A DNA stretch of 63,508 nucleotides, filler included. It is 3 parts of 3 records of this genome, joined end to end, with 100 filler letters (N's around TTAATTAATTAA, not from the genome) between each part and the next. Parts side by side here need not be neighbours in the genome. Positions count along the whole stretch, not along the records: positions 1 to 23,135 come from SRR31156797_2478; 2 more parts are not named here. One strand, written 5' to 3'. The notes under the pieces were generated by a model. It was not told the DNA's origin. It did no database searches and worked only from the letters and a program-made list of their open reading frames with translations. The position numbers and the translations under genes were made by a program. Positions 1 to 10,361 of this stretch are shown piece after piece (within the stretch, counting starts at the first letter, position 1; every line of letters starts with the position of its first letter).

Positions 1-597
1 TGCCATAAATGGAACATACCACTCTTCAAAACCTCGCTCTCGATTAAAATCTAAAAAGTAGTTGATAAGAGCTCTCTCTAATCTTGCACCGATCCCTTTA
101 AGTGCTGAGAATCTACTTTTTGCTAGTTTTACACCTCTAGTAAAATCGATCATTCCATTGTTTTCCCCAAGTTCCCAGTGCTCTTTAGGCTCAAAAGAAA
201 ATGATGGCTTTTCTCCAATCACTTCTAGGACAACATTCTCATTTTCATCTGCACCAATTGGAACTTCATTATCAGGAAGATTAGGAATACCAAGTGCAAA
301 GTTTTCCATTTGCTCTTCTAAAGTTCTTACTTCATCTTCTAGCTGTTGTTTTTTTGCTTTAAGCTCAGCTATCCCAGCTTGAAGAGGCGCTATATCTTTG
401 CCTTCTTTTTTATAAGCTCCAAATTGATTTGAAAGCTGCTTTTGCTCAGCTTGAGTTGCTTCCATCTCTTTTCTTTTACTTTTAGCTGCTTCTACATCTT
501 TTTTAAGTGTTTCTAGCGTCTCTTTTGTAACACCTTTTTTTGTAAGTGCCTCACTCATAGTATCAAAATCTTTTTGTAATAGTTTTATATCAATCAT
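1..597 (-). CDS. serS: Seryl-tRNA synthetase (5' part; runs off window start; missing from ORF track)
   Basis: Manual translation from ATG at 597: MIDIKLLQKDF... and GARLERALINYFLDFNRERGFEEWYVP, typical of SerRS. Confidence 0.93.
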   Translation of the reverse strand, partial: MIDIKLLQKDFDTMSEALTKKGVTKETLETLKKDVEAAKSKRKEMEATQAEQKQLSNQFGAYKKEGKDIAPLQAGIAELKAKKQQLEDEVRTLEEQMENFALGIPNLPDNEVPIGADENENVVLEVIGEKPSFSFEPKEHWELGENNGMIDFTRGVKLAKSRFSALKGIGARLERALINYFLDFNRERGFEEWYVPFMA

Positions 598-1210
598 TTA
601 GTAATTTTCCTTTTTTTATTTGTATATCATCTTGGATGATTCGAGAGATCTCCTCTTTTTTAATAAAATCAGCTCCCATACTTACGATAAACTGGCTAGC
701 TTGTGCCACAGTTAAAGTAGTAGCTTTGAGTTTGTCTTTATGTACTACAACGGTATATCCACTCGTAGGATTTGGACTGGTTGGTACAAATAATACATAG
801 ATATCTTCATGTTTACTAAGCACATATGCTGGTACCCAAAGATCATCTTTAGGATACTCTACTAGTACCACCTCTTTTTTGATATCTTTGCTATTTGGTT
901 TAAAAAGTTCTGTGATCTTTTTTAAAATAGAATAGATAGTTCCTATCGCAGGAACTTTTTCTAATATTTTATCAATGGTTGAAATAACAAATGATTTTCC
1001 AGCTCTCTCAATTGATGATCCAATAGCAGCTAAAATAAGGGTAATCACTATAAACAAGATAAAAGTATATGTAGTACTATTAGTATAAGAAAATACATAT
1101 TTAAAAAGATTAATACTGTATTTATTGATAAGAATGATCAGTTGAATAACAATAAGCAGAGGGATAACAGCCAATGCACCAACAAAGAGATATCTAAAAA
1201 ACTGCTTCAT
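590..1210 (-). CDS. DUF502 family membrane protein
   Basis: Two N-terminal TM segments; VVLVEYP and VFVPTSPNPTSGY motifs. Confidence 0.85.
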   Translation of the reverse strand: MKQFFRYLFVGALAVIPLLIVIQLIILINKYSINLFKYVFSYTNSTTYTFILFIVITLILAAIGSSIERAGKSFVISTIDKILEKVPAIGTIYSILKKITELFKPNSKDIKKEVVLVEYPKDDLWVPAYVLSKHEDIYVLFVPTSPNPTSGYTVVVHKDKLKATTLTVAQASQFIVSMGADFIKKEEISRIIQDDIQIKKGKLLND

Positions 1211-1264
1211 CTTATCCTCTAAAATTTTTGGGTATTATATCAAAAACAAACTAAGGATATATTT

Positions 1265-2230
1265 TTGAGAATATTAAGTGGAATTCAACCAAGTGGTACA
1301 ATTCATATTGGGAACTATTTTGGGATGATTAAAAAGATGATAGAATCTCAAGATGATGGTGAGCTATTTGCTTTTATCGCTTCTTATCATGCGCTTACAT
1401 CAGTGAAAGAGAAAGAAGTTTTACAAAAAAATATTTTTGAAGCAGCGGTAAATTTTTTAAGTTTAGGAATGGATCCAGAAAAATCAACATTTTGGGTGCA
1501 AAGTGATGTGCCAGAAGTATTAGAACTTTACTGGATACTTTCAAATCATACTCCTATGGGACTCCTAGAGCGAGCTCACAGTTATAAAGATAAAACAGCA
1601 CGAGGACTTGCTACAAACCATGGGCTTTTTTCTTACCCTGTATTAATGGCAGCGGATATTTTACTCTTTGATTCAAATATTGTGCCAGTAGGAAAAGATC
1701 AGATCCAACACGTAGAGATGACAAGAGATATTGCTAATACTTTTAATAATGCTTATGGTGAAATACTGGTTATGCCAGAAGCAAAAGTGGATGAGGTTGT
1801 TGCTACAGTTCCTGGAACTGATGGAGCGAAGATGTCAAAGTCGTATGGAAATACTATTGATATGTTTGGATCTAAAAAAGGACTAAAAAAGCAAGTGATG
1901 AAAGTAGTTACTGATTCTAAAGAGCTTCATGAACCAAAAGAGTATGCCACTTGTAATGTATATAAGTTGTGTGAGCTTTTTATGGATCAAGGTGAACTTG
2001 AAGCATTACAAAAACGATATGCGACTCCAGGTGAGGGGTATGGACATTTTAAAATCACTTTAATGGATAAGATTAATGAACACTTTGCTCCATATGTTGA
2101 GCGAAGAGAACAGCTGATTAATAATCCAGATGAAGTAAAAGAGATCTTAGCTCATGGAGCCGGGAAAGCTAGAAAAGTAGCCAGTGAAAAGATCAAACAA
2201 ATCAAAGATGTAGTTGGATTAAATTACTAA
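1265..2230 (+). CDS. trpS: Tryptophanyl-tRNA synthetase (TTG start)
   Basis: SGIQPSG, HIGNY, YPVLMAADIL, VPVGKDQ, KMSKS motifs. Confidence 0.97.
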   Translation: MRILSGIQPSGTIHIGNYFGMIKKMIESQDDGELFAFIASYHALTSVKEKEVLQKNIFEAAVNFLSLGMDPEKSTFWVQSDVPEVLELYWILSNHTPMGLLERAHSYKDKTARGLATNHGLFSYPVLMAADILLFDSNIVPVGKDQIQHVEMTRDIANTFNNAYGEILVMPEAKVDEVVATVPGTDGAKMSKSYGNTIDMFGSKKGLKKQVMKVVTDSKELHEPKEYATCNVYKLCELFMDQGELEALQKRYATPGEGYGHFKITLMDKINEHFAPYVERREQLINNPDEVKEILAHGAGKARKVASEKIKQIKDVVGLNY

Positions 2231-2233
2231 AGA

Positions 2234-3565
2234 ATGAATATATCTATCAATAAATCTTACCAAGGTATTTTAATTGCATTTGTTTTAGCATTATCAGGCT
2301 ATTTTATAGCAGGTAATTTTTTTGATGAGATCCATTCTCGTTTGATTGGAGTAGTTGTTTTTTTAGTAACCTTATGGACTAATGAAGCTTTACCTTTAGG
2401 GGCAGTTTCTTTACTTCCAATCATTTTATTTCCCTCTTTAGAGATACTCAGTACCAGTGCAACTACTGCAAACTATTCTAAGTCAATTATCTTTTTATTT
2501 TTAGGAGGCTTTCTTTTAGCAATTGCTGTAGAAAAAATAGGTTTGCATAAGGTGATCGCGCATAAGCTTTTAAACGTGTTTCCTAAAAGTAGTCGAGGGA
2601 TTATTTTTGCCTTAGCTATCACTTCAGCATTTTTAAGCTCCTTACTTTCAAATACAACAACAGCACTTCTTTTAATGCCCATTGCTTTATTTTTAACAGA
2701 AAATAAAGAGCTAAAGATACGATTTGTTTTAGCTATTGCCTATGGAGCAAGTATAGGAGGGATTGTAACGCCTATAGGAACTCCACCAAATCTTATTTTA
2801 ATGGGCTTTTTACAAGATAACGGACTAGAAACGCTAACCTTTATTACCTGGATGGCTAAAACACTTCCCTTGGCTATTATAATGCTTACAATAGTACCTT
2901 TTATTCTTTCTTTTGGTGCAACACAGTTTAGAATAGAAAATACTCTTGATTCAAAAGAATTAACAAAAGAGCAAAAAAAGCTTTTAAAGATCCTTGGGCT
3001 GTTAGTAATCGTTTTATTGATTAACTCTTTTTTTAAGTTAAGTGAAGCTGGAATCTTACTTGGTTTTGGACTTTTGATGTTGATCCCAAATTTTGGGTTT
3101 ATAGAGTGGGAAGATAGTAAAAAGATCCCTTTTGAGATCATCTTTTTATTTGGAGCAGGATTTTCAATAGCCAGTGCTTTTGGAAGTACAGGTTTAGCTG
3201 AAGCGATCTCAAATCTCTTATTAGGGATAACAGAACTCCCACCTATATTCCTACTATTCATAGTAGCCTCTTTAGTGACTTTTACAACAGAAGTGACAAG
3301 CAATACAGCACTCATCTCCATAGCTCTTCCTATTCTTTACTCTTTAGGAGTAGCTTCTAATATGAATACAGAGCTTATCTTAATGATAGCAACTATCTGT
3401 GCTAGTTATGCCTTTATGCTCCCTATTGCTACACCACCTAATGCAATAGCAATGAGTAGTCAAGTAGTTTCCATAAAAACCATGGCTAAATATGGAATAG
3501 TATTTAATATATTTGGAATAATCTTAACTGTGCTTATTTCACAAGTTTGGTGGAGTTTATTTTAA
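2234..3565 (+). CDS. DASS/SLC13 sodium-coupled anion (dicarboxylate/sulfate) symporter
   Basis: Highly hydrophobic; two SNT motifs, TPIGTPPN and LPIATPPNAI. Confidence 0.88.
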   Translation: MNISINKSYQGILIAFVLALSGYFIAGNFFDEIHSRLIGVVVFLVTLWTNEALPLGAVSLLPIILFPSLEILSTSATTANYSKSIIFLFLGGFLLAIAVEKIGLHKVIAHKLLNVFPKSSRGIIFALAITSAFLSSLLSNTTTALLLMPIALFLTENKELKIRFVLAIAYGASIGGIVTPIGTPPNLILMGFLQDNGLETLTFITWMAKTLPLAIIMLTIVPFILSFGATQFRIENTLDSKELTKEQKKLLKILGLLVIVLLINSFFKLSEAGILLGFGLLMLIPNFGFIEWEDSKKIPFEIIFLFGAGFSIASAFGSTGLAEAISNLLLGITELPPIFLLFIVASLVTFTTEVTSNTALISIALPILYSLGVASNMNTELILMIATICASYAFMLPIATPPNAIAMSSQVVSIKTMAKYGIVFNIFGIILTVLISQVWWSLF

Positions 3566-3823
3566 AAACTCTTTGATTTTTGTTTGTTCTTTAATTTGTG
3601 ATTGAATTGTATTTGTATGTTTTTTTAAAAATATTATATTTTTATAGAAAAGTTCAGATAACTCTTTTAGTTCAGATAATTGTAGATCAAAATCTTGTAT
3701 GGCAGACTCTGTTAAATATTTTTTATACCAAAGATCCAAAGAGTGAGCACGTAGAGTATCATCAAGTGAATCTACGTATCTCAACTCTTGAAGTGCTTTT
3801 AAAGACCAGTTTCTTCTTTCCAT
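3557..3823 (-). CDS. Small helical hypothetical protein directly after fliS (FliT position)
   Basis: 88-aa ORF overlapping the fliS 3' end on the same strand. Confidence 0.6.
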   Translation of the reverse strand: MERRNWSLKALQELRYVDSLDDTLRAHSLDLWYKKYLTESAIQDFDLQLSELKELSELFYKNIIFLKKHTNTIQSQIKEQTKIKEFLK

Positions 3824-4155
3824 GCCTCAATTAATCCTGTAACAACTTTTTTTACTTGAGCAATAGCTGTTAAATTATTGTCAACTCCTGCACTAAAAAG
3901 TGTTTCTATTTGATAAAGGTAAAGACCATCTAAATAATACGCTATATCACCACCTTCAAAATCAAGTATATTTCTTAATTCATCAAAGATAGCAATAGAT
4001 CTATTGATATATTCAAACTTTCTTTCTATATCATCTTCTTCCATTGCACTTTCAACAAATGAAAGGTATTTTAAAAGCCCCTCATAGAGCTTTAATATAA
4101 GCATATAAGGGTCTTCTGTTGTTGCTGCTTGTTGGTTATATACGTCTAAGCCCAT
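3799..4155 (-). CDS. fliS: Flagellin export chaperone FliS
   Basis: Y..QQ..T.DP..LILKLYEG, LDFEGGDIA..L..LY.Y, L.EAW pattern; follows fliD. Confidence 0.9.
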   Translation of the reverse strand: MGLDVYNQQAATTEDPYMLILKLYEGLLKYLSFVESAMEEDDIERKFEYINRSIAIFDELRNILDFEGGDIAYYLDGLYLYQIETLFSAGVDNNLTAIAQVKKVVTGLIEAWKEETGL

Positions 4156-4242
4156 GTGTGTTAATCTCCATATAAAATAATCAAACTATGTAATGATTAT
4201 ATTACATATATACTTAAAGTATATTAATTGTTTTACATTATC

Positions 4243-6405
4243 TTAGTTTGATGCAACTGATTGCTCAATCATTAAACTAAGACCTGAAAACGAAGATTCC
4301 ATCTGTGAAATAAGCGCTGCATATTGTGCAAATTGAGCAGATAATGTATTATATTTTATATCTAGAGCTTCTAAAGCTTCTTCTCTTTCTTCTTCTAAAT
4401 CTGCTTGTTTTTCTGAAATACTATTTTCATATCTAGTTATTAAACCATCTGTTGCATCTAAATTATCTAAGTAATCTTGTAAAACTAATCCTAGACCTAA
4501 GTATTTAGTTGAATCAGTTTCTGGAAGATCTTCATCTGTAGTATTCCCTAATAGAATTGCTTTGATATCATCGTAATTATTAACAAGAGCTTCACCAAAT
4601 GTAGTTGAATCTAAAGATAAGTGACCTTGTGTATCTAGTTCTAGTCCAAAAGCAAATAAGTTTAAGTCTTTATCCTCTCCATATGAACTAAAAAATATTT
4701 CTTTTATTCCACTAATCATAGATCTTAGTGTTGAAGTATCACTAATTGATGTATCAGGGTTACTAACTTCGTCATTAATTAGATCAACTAAATTATTATA
4801 ACCTTCAAGAACTGTTTGAAGATCAGTCATAACTGAAGTAGTATCTCTTTGAATATCAATTGTAGCATTTCCAAGTTCAACTGCAGTCATTGTCAGGTTA
4901 CCTTGAATGGTCACTGTATTAGATGCGGTATTATAATCAACCCCATCAATTGTTGCTAAAAGATTTTGGGCAGATTGTGTATGACTATCTCCTCCATTTA
5001 CAAAATTAAAATCAGTATTTTGCTCTTGAATCACTAGTTCTTCAGAAGTATCACTACTTATCTGTATATTTCCTACTCCAGCATTATCATTAATTAATGA
5101 GGCACTAAAATCAGTATGTGTATCAATGTCACTTATAAGACTTGCATACGTATATCCAGCTTCATAATTAACAACTTCTGTACTATCTCCAAACGTAACA
5201 GAATTATTAGTTGATGTAGGCATTACACCTAGTGCTCCATCCGTCTGATCTCCTTCAGAATATTTAAATACTACCATTAAGCTATCACTTCCATCAGGAT
5301 TTGCTATAATATCTTCTATCTCATTGTTTGTATTTGCAGTATTCCAAGTATTTATTATATTTGTTTTATCTGCAAGTATATCATCAATGAGTTCACTAGC
5401 ATTTGCTCCTTGTGTAGTAGCTACAGAACTGCCTAAAAAGTCAACTGTTGTTGCATCTCCATTTGCACTTCCCCCATCATCTACAGTTCCTGATACCGCT
5501 ATACTATGAACCTCATTCCCTGTGAAAATATTATTATTAATAATTAAATAATCATCTTCAAATGCACTAGTACTATCAATTTCATCTGATTTCATAGTCT
5601 CATTATCAAATCCCCAATTAACATCTTGTTGTGTGATCTTAATTGCATTATCAAGTCCAGCTTCTGCACTTTTTATAACTAAACGGTATTCATCAGTACC
5701 AACTTGTTCAATAGATGCAACAAGTTCATCTGTTTCATTGATCTCAGTAGCTAGTTGTTCCATAGTTTTAGCACCTAACTCTTCAAAAGTAGTTGCTGTT
5801 GGATCTTGTACAATATTGAAGAAATAGCTTTTGTCTCCTACCTCTACATTTATTCCTGCATTTGCTACATAGCTTAAATATTCATCATACTCTGCTTGAT
5901 TATTTGGGTTTCCATCTACATCAGTCGTTATATCTAGTGGGGTTGTCCCCGCAGTTATAATAGGTGTCAATTGAGTGTCTTTTATAGCCTCATTAAAACT
6001 TGTACTTTGATAAACATCTTTTTGTGCAAGTTGTGAAACAGTAATATTTGTAGTTCCTGGTTCTAATCCTCCAACATCGACTGCATCAAATACTGCTGAA
6101 CTTCCTGTTGTTGAAGCAGAAACTGAGTCAAAAGAGTTTGTTTCTCCACTATCTAAGTCAAATGCAGAAACAGAGTTTAAAAAATCATACATTTGTGCTT
6201 TAATAACTGTTAAAGTGTCACTTTCTCCCAAGAAATCTAAAGCATCCCCAGTATCTGCATCTAGACCAGTGATATTTTCTAATTTATCATCAATATTAAA
6301 CAATATTGCTTCTTTTTCTGCTTCTTTTAATTTTGTAATAAGATCAGCATTCAAAGCAGATGAAGCTTCTGATCCAAAACTTCCTAATAAACCATAATCA
6401 GCCAT
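4243..6405 (-). CDS. fliD: Flagellar filament cap protein FliD with expanded middle region
   Basis: N-terminal LITKLKEAE and VSQLAQKDVYQS; C-terminal QFAQYAALISQMESSFSGL; lies between flgK and fliS. Confidence 0.9.
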   Translation of the reverse strand: MADYGLLGSFGSEASSALNADLITKLKEAEKEAILFNIDDKLENITGLDADTGDALDFLGESDTLTVIKAQMYDFLNSVSAFDLDSGETNSFDSVSASTTGSSAVFDAVDVGGLEPGTTNITVSQLAQKDVYQSTSFNEAIKDTQLTPIITAGTTPLDITTDVDGNPNNQAEYDEYLSYVANAGINVEVGDKSYFFNIVQDPTATTFEELGAKTMEQLATEINETDELVASIEQVGTDEYRLVIKSAEAGLDNAIKITQQDVNWGFDNETMKSDEIDSTSAFEDDYLIINNNIFTGNEVHSIAVSGTVDDGGSANGDATTVDFLGSSVATTQGANASELIDDILADKTNIINTWNTANTNNEIEDIIANPDGSDSLMVVFKYSEGDQTDGALGVMPTSTNNSVTFGDSTEVVNYEAGYTYASLISDIDTHTDFSASLINDNAGVGNIQISSDTSEELVIQEQNTDFNFVNGGDSHTQSAQNLLATIDGVDYNTASNTVTIQGNLTMTAVELGNATIDIQRDTTSVMTDLQTVLEGYNNLVDLINDEVSNPDTSISDTSTLRSMISGIKEIFFSSYGEDKDLNLFAFGLELDTQGHLSLDSTTFGEALVNNYDDIKAILLGNTTDEDLPETDSTKYLGLGLVLQDYLDNLDATDGLITRYENSISEKQADLEEEREEALEALDIKYNTLSAQFAQYAALISQMESSFSGLSLMIEQSVASN

Positions 6406-6431
6406 AATATCCTCCTTAGAATATAATTATA

Positions 6432-9095
6432 TTATTTTTTAAGCCCTAGCAAAACTTGTAACATCTCATCAACTGTTGTTATAATTTTTGCATTTGCTTC
6501 ATAAGCAGCTTGAAATTTGATTAAATTTACCATCTCTTCATCTTTATCAACTTTTGTAAGTTGATCATAGATAGATTGAAGAGATTCTGTAACTGCTTCT
6601 TGTGCTTCTTCATTAAAGATTACTGTTTCTCTATCATCTGCAATCGTTACTCTTAAAGATTTAAAATAATCTGCAAATGATTGATTATTTTCTCCTGTTC
6701 CATCAAAGTCAATATCTTCATTCCACTGAAGATCAGCTAAATAGTCTAGTTTTTCTTGAGTTAATGTGTTAATAGCTCCTTCATTAAAAGAAAGAGTTTT
6801 TACACTGTTACCACTAAATAAGTTAATTAAAACTTCTTTATCTGCATCGTAATTAATATCTACTGCATTCGTTCCTAAAATATAGCTACCATCTTCATTT
6901 TCAATATAAGCACCTGTAAGATCAGCTAACTTTTGTGCAAATAGATCAAGTTTCTCTTTATACTCTTTAAAAAGGTTATTTCCTGAATCTGTTTTAATAT
7001 TATCTAAAATAGGACTTAATGCACCAGATGTGATAGATATTTCCTTATCATAAATTTCTAAATGAATATCATCAATTCCCTCTTTACTAACCGTATCATT
7101 AAGAGTTGCATATGATCTGGAATTATTATCATTCACTAAAAGTTCACCAGTAAAAGATCCCTCTTCTCCATCAATATTAGCTTCTATAAATAAATATCTA
7201 TCGGCAAATCCAGGATTATTAGGATTAGCTGGTGCTAATGTTGCTGGATCTTGATATTTCGCATGATCTGGATCAGAGGTAAGTACTTTATTCCCATCTT
7301 TATCTAGGTCATATTTACCATTATATGCGGTGATTGTACCACCAATGTCTTTATCATTATTGATTTTATAAACTAGAGCTTGGATAACATTATCTTGGGT
7401 AATGAGTCCAATTCCCCCGTTTGCTGCTCCTGTTCCATCAAAATCCACTGGTGTAACACCATCTGCCTCATACACAGTATCTCCAAGAGTAACACTTATC
7501 TCATAAGTATCATTTAATACGTAAGTTAATGTTTCATTACTCCCTTTAACCTCTTCGATACTTCCTGTAAAATTGATGCCATTACTTTCACTATTCATTA
7601 ATGAAGCTACATCTCCCTCAGTATCTACATATGTTACAATAAGCTGATTTGACTTTTCTCCAAGTTGAATTGATGCAATTTCCTGATCAGGATGGGCAGC
7701 ATTCCATGTTGCTCTAATAGCTGCTTCATTTGCAATTATTGCTTGTGTTACGGTTGCTTGATCATCTCCCATTTGCACTGATATTGTGTGACCTAAAAAA
7801 TCTATAGTTTTAGGAATACCTACTACACTTGTACTTCCATCATCAACAGTCCCAGTTATCTCTAATGTTTGTGATTCACCTATTTTTGTAGCAAAACCTT
7901 TTGTAGTTTCAACTATATTATCAAAAACAACTCCTTTACTGCTTGTACCTGCAACATCTATTAAAGGGACATCTCCTTCTGTAGTATCATAGGTGATTTC
8001 AAGTCCAGTTGTTCCTGCTCCACCTGGTTGGGCGATTGATGCAATAGTTTTGTGTGGATTATTTGCATTCCATGTAGCAATAATTGCAACTCTATCTGCA
8101 AATATTGCATCAGCCACTTGACCAGCAGTATCACCCATTGTAACATTTACAGGCTCTCCTAAAAATGTTATAACTTTTGCTGTTCCCGCAGCGTCTCCAC
8201 TTCCATCATCTAATGTTCCAGTCACATCGAATGTTTGTACTTCAGCAGTATTTGCTACACTTGTACCTGTAAAAGATGGTAATGAACTTACATAGTCACC
8301 ATTTATACCAGTTGTTAAAGTTGTACCATCAGAGTTTTTAGCTGCATAAATATCTTTTTGAGGAGTATATTGCTCTATAAGTTTTATTTCATGAACATTT
8401 GTATCAAACCGTACAGCTGTTACTCCTGCGATGTTTAATTGATAACTATCATCTCTAAAAATTTCCACATCAACATATTGTGCAAGCTCTTGCTCTAGGG
8501 CATCTCTTTTATCTAATAGATCATTTGGATTTCCATATGTAGAATCAGTAATTTTTTTACTTATTTTACCAATTTCTTGTAAGATGCCATTAACTTTATC
8601 TACAAGTTCTTCTGTTTCATCAAGTAAAAGAGCTTCTTTTTTCTCAATATCTTCGTATAAGGTTTGAAGATCAGAAACAATACTATTTGCATTATTTAAA
8701 ATATCATTTTTATAAACTTCATTACTAGGAGTAGTTCGTAAATTTTCAATTGATTCAAAATATCTATTAAGATCAGCTGACAAACCTGAGTCATCTGTTT
8801 CAGCAAAAATAGATTCCATATCTTCAAGTATTGAGTTTAATTCTTTATAATCGTTGAGTCTCGCTTCTTCTGTGATAATATTTTTGAACATATATACATC
8901 AGTAACTCTTGTAACATCATTTACTAATACACCACGTCCAGTTATTCGAGCATCATTAAAATCAATTTCTGAAGTATTTACAACTCTTTTTTTGTATCCT
9001 TCAGTATTTTGATTGGCAATGTTGTTCATCACATTTTCAACTTGTGTTTGTGATGTTTTTAATCCAGTTTGTGCAACGTTTAATGTGTGTAACAT
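6432..9095 (-). CDS. flgK: Flagellar hook-associated protein FlgK, long (887 aa) with internal duplicated module
   Basis: LNVAQTGL...NNIANQNTEGYKKR N-terminus; NDLLDKRD; VDKDEEMVNLIKFQAAYEANAKIITTVDEML C-terminus. Confidence 0.95.
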   Translation of the reverse strand: MLHTLNVAQTGLKTSQTQVENVMNNIANQNTEGYKKRVVNTSEIDFNDARITGRGVLVNDVTRVTDVYMFKNIITEEARLNDYKELNSILEDMESIFAETDDSGLSADLNRYFESIENLRTTPSNEVYKNDILNNANSIVSDLQTLYEDIEKKEALLLDETEELVDKVNGILQEIGKISKKITDSTYGNPNDLLDKRDALEQELAQYVDVEIFRDDSYQLNIAGVTAVRFDTNVHEIKLIEQYTPQKDIYAAKNSDGTTLTTGINGDYVSSLPSFTGTSVANTAEVQTFDVTGTLDDGSGDAAGTAKVITFLGEPVNVTMGDTAGQVADAIFADRVAIIATWNANNPHKTIASIAQPGGAGTTGLEITYDTTEGDVPLIDVAGTSSKGVVFDNIVETTKGFATKIGESQTLEITGTVDDGSTSVVGIPKTIDFLGHTISVQMGDDQATVTQAIIANEAAIRATWNAAHPDQEIASIQLGEKSNQLIVTYVDTEGDVASLMNSESNGINFTGSIEEVKGSNETLTYVLNDTYEISVTLGDTVYEADGVTPVDFDGTGAANGGIGLITQDNVIQALVYKINNDKDIGGTITAYNGKYDLDKDGNKVLTSDPDHAKYQDPATLAPANPNNPGFADRYLFIEANIDGEEGSFTGELLVNDNNSRSYATLNDTVSKEGIDDIHLEIYDKEISITSGALSPILDNIKTDSGNNLFKEYKEKLDLFAQKLADLTGAYIENEDGSYILGTNAVDINYDADKEVLINLFSGNSVKTLSFNEGAINTLTQEKLDYLADLQWNEDIDFDGTGENNQSFADYFKSLRVTIADDRETVIFNEEAQEAVTESLQSIYDQLTKVDKDEEMVNLIKFQAAYEANAKIITTVDEMLQVLLGLKK

Positions 9096-9148
9096 AATAA
9101 TACCCCTATATATTTTACAATTCTAAGATAACAATTCTTAAAATTAGA

Positions 9149-9916
9149 TTAAAAAGGAGAGATAGTTTCAATCACTTTGGTTCCCCAAGGTTTCTCCTCA
9201 TTATCTGATTCTGTTCCTGTTTTGTATAGCATCACTTTTAAGTTTGCTAATCTATTTGAAGTTACTTCACTTTTCACATTTAGATCTTCAGGATTCATAA
9301 CTCCACTAAGTTTTATAGTAACTCTTTGTCCTCTTACAACAATATCTTTTTCCCCTTCTAAAAAGTAATTGCCATTTTGATATTGTTGTGTAACTACAGT
9401 TGCTATATCATTAATGAGTTCATCAGTTGCTTCTGATGATGATTCGGCATTAAAATTACTTGTTGAGGTACCTGTAGATATACCAATTCCAAGAAGACCA
9501 TTGATCCCACTAATAATTGATTTAAGAAGTCCTGGACTCTCATCATTTGGTGTAACCGATAAAGGAGTGACTGTTTTATCATTTTCTAAAAGTCGTTGTT
9601 CTTTTTTTGAACCTGATTCGGTTATTCTTCCTTTATTCGTCCCCTCTGTTGTTCCTTGTGTCCCTTCATTTATAAGAACATAAACAATATCACCAATTTG
9701 AAGATCTTTTCTATCAGTGAATAAAGACCCACCTTGGTTTGAAAAAAGTGATCCTTTTGATTTAGTTTTTGGTTGGGATATTTTTTTAGGAATTTGATAT
9801 TGAGGTTGTTTTTTTATTTGTACAGAAGAGTTAACAGCTTTTGTACTACTAGTACATCCAGAGACAAAAACAAGAATAAAAATAAACAATAATATTTTAA
9901 AAAAATTATGCTTCAT
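9149..9916 (-). CDS. flgH: Flagellar L-ring lipoprotein FlgH (likely start ATG 9916)
   Basis: Lipobox VSGC; GSLF, LFTDRKDLQIGDIV, NGNYFLEGEK, terminal SPF; GGAG upstream of 9916. Confidence 0.9.
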   Translation of the reverse strand: MKHNFFKILLFIFILVFVSGCTSSTKAVNSSVQIKKQPQYQIPKKISQPKTKSKGSLFSNQGGSLFTDRKDLQIGDIVYVLINEGTQGTTEGTNKGRITESGSKKEQRLLENDKTVTPLSVTPNDESPGLLKSIISGINGLLGIGISTGTSTSNFNAESSSEATDELINDIATVVTQQYQNGNYFLEGEKDIVVRGQRVTIKLSGVMNPEDLNVKSEVTSNRLANLKVMLYKTGTESDNEEKPWGTKVIETISPF

Positions 9917-10334
9917 ATTTATTCTCCACAATGATTGCTAAATCAATTGCAATTTTTATATCTGTATCACTATTTTTAATAAGTGCATTCGCACCATATC
10001 TTACTAAAAGAGGTTCTATATCTGTCATATAATCACACACAATTAAAAGTCTATCATCTACAATTTTAATCTCTTTGACATATCTCTGATCTAGAAGTTC
10101 AACAATAACTTTTGCTTCTTCATAAATAAGGTTTTCAAGTTTAACTGCTTTACTAGTAAGTTTTTTTTCTTTTTGCTCTTTTATATCTAACTCTGTACTT
10201 AATTTAAAATTCTCATCTTGAAATTTTTGGCTCATATGATTGTAATATAAGAAGAACATTATAAATAAGGATATCCCAGCAATAGTTTTAACTATTAATC
10301 TTTTTTTATTTTGATTTTTAACTAAAATTATCAT
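9906..10334 (-). CDS. Single-TM coiled-coil hypothetical protein in flagellar operon
   Basis: N-terminal TM helix then coiled coil; overlaps flgH start. Confidence 0.7.
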   Translation of the reverse strand: MIILVKNQNKKRLIVKTIAGISLFIMFFLYYNHMSQKFQDENFKLSTELDIKEQKEKKLTSKAVKLENLIYEEAKVIVELLDQRYVKEIKIVDDRLLIVCDYMTDIEPLLVRYGANALIKNSDTDIKIAIDLAIIVENKYEA

Positions 10335-10361
10335 CTGTTTCCTCTTAAAATAGCACTACAG

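Noticed and set aside
62-382. 106-aa plus-strand ORF
   Set aside because: Antisense shadow of serS.
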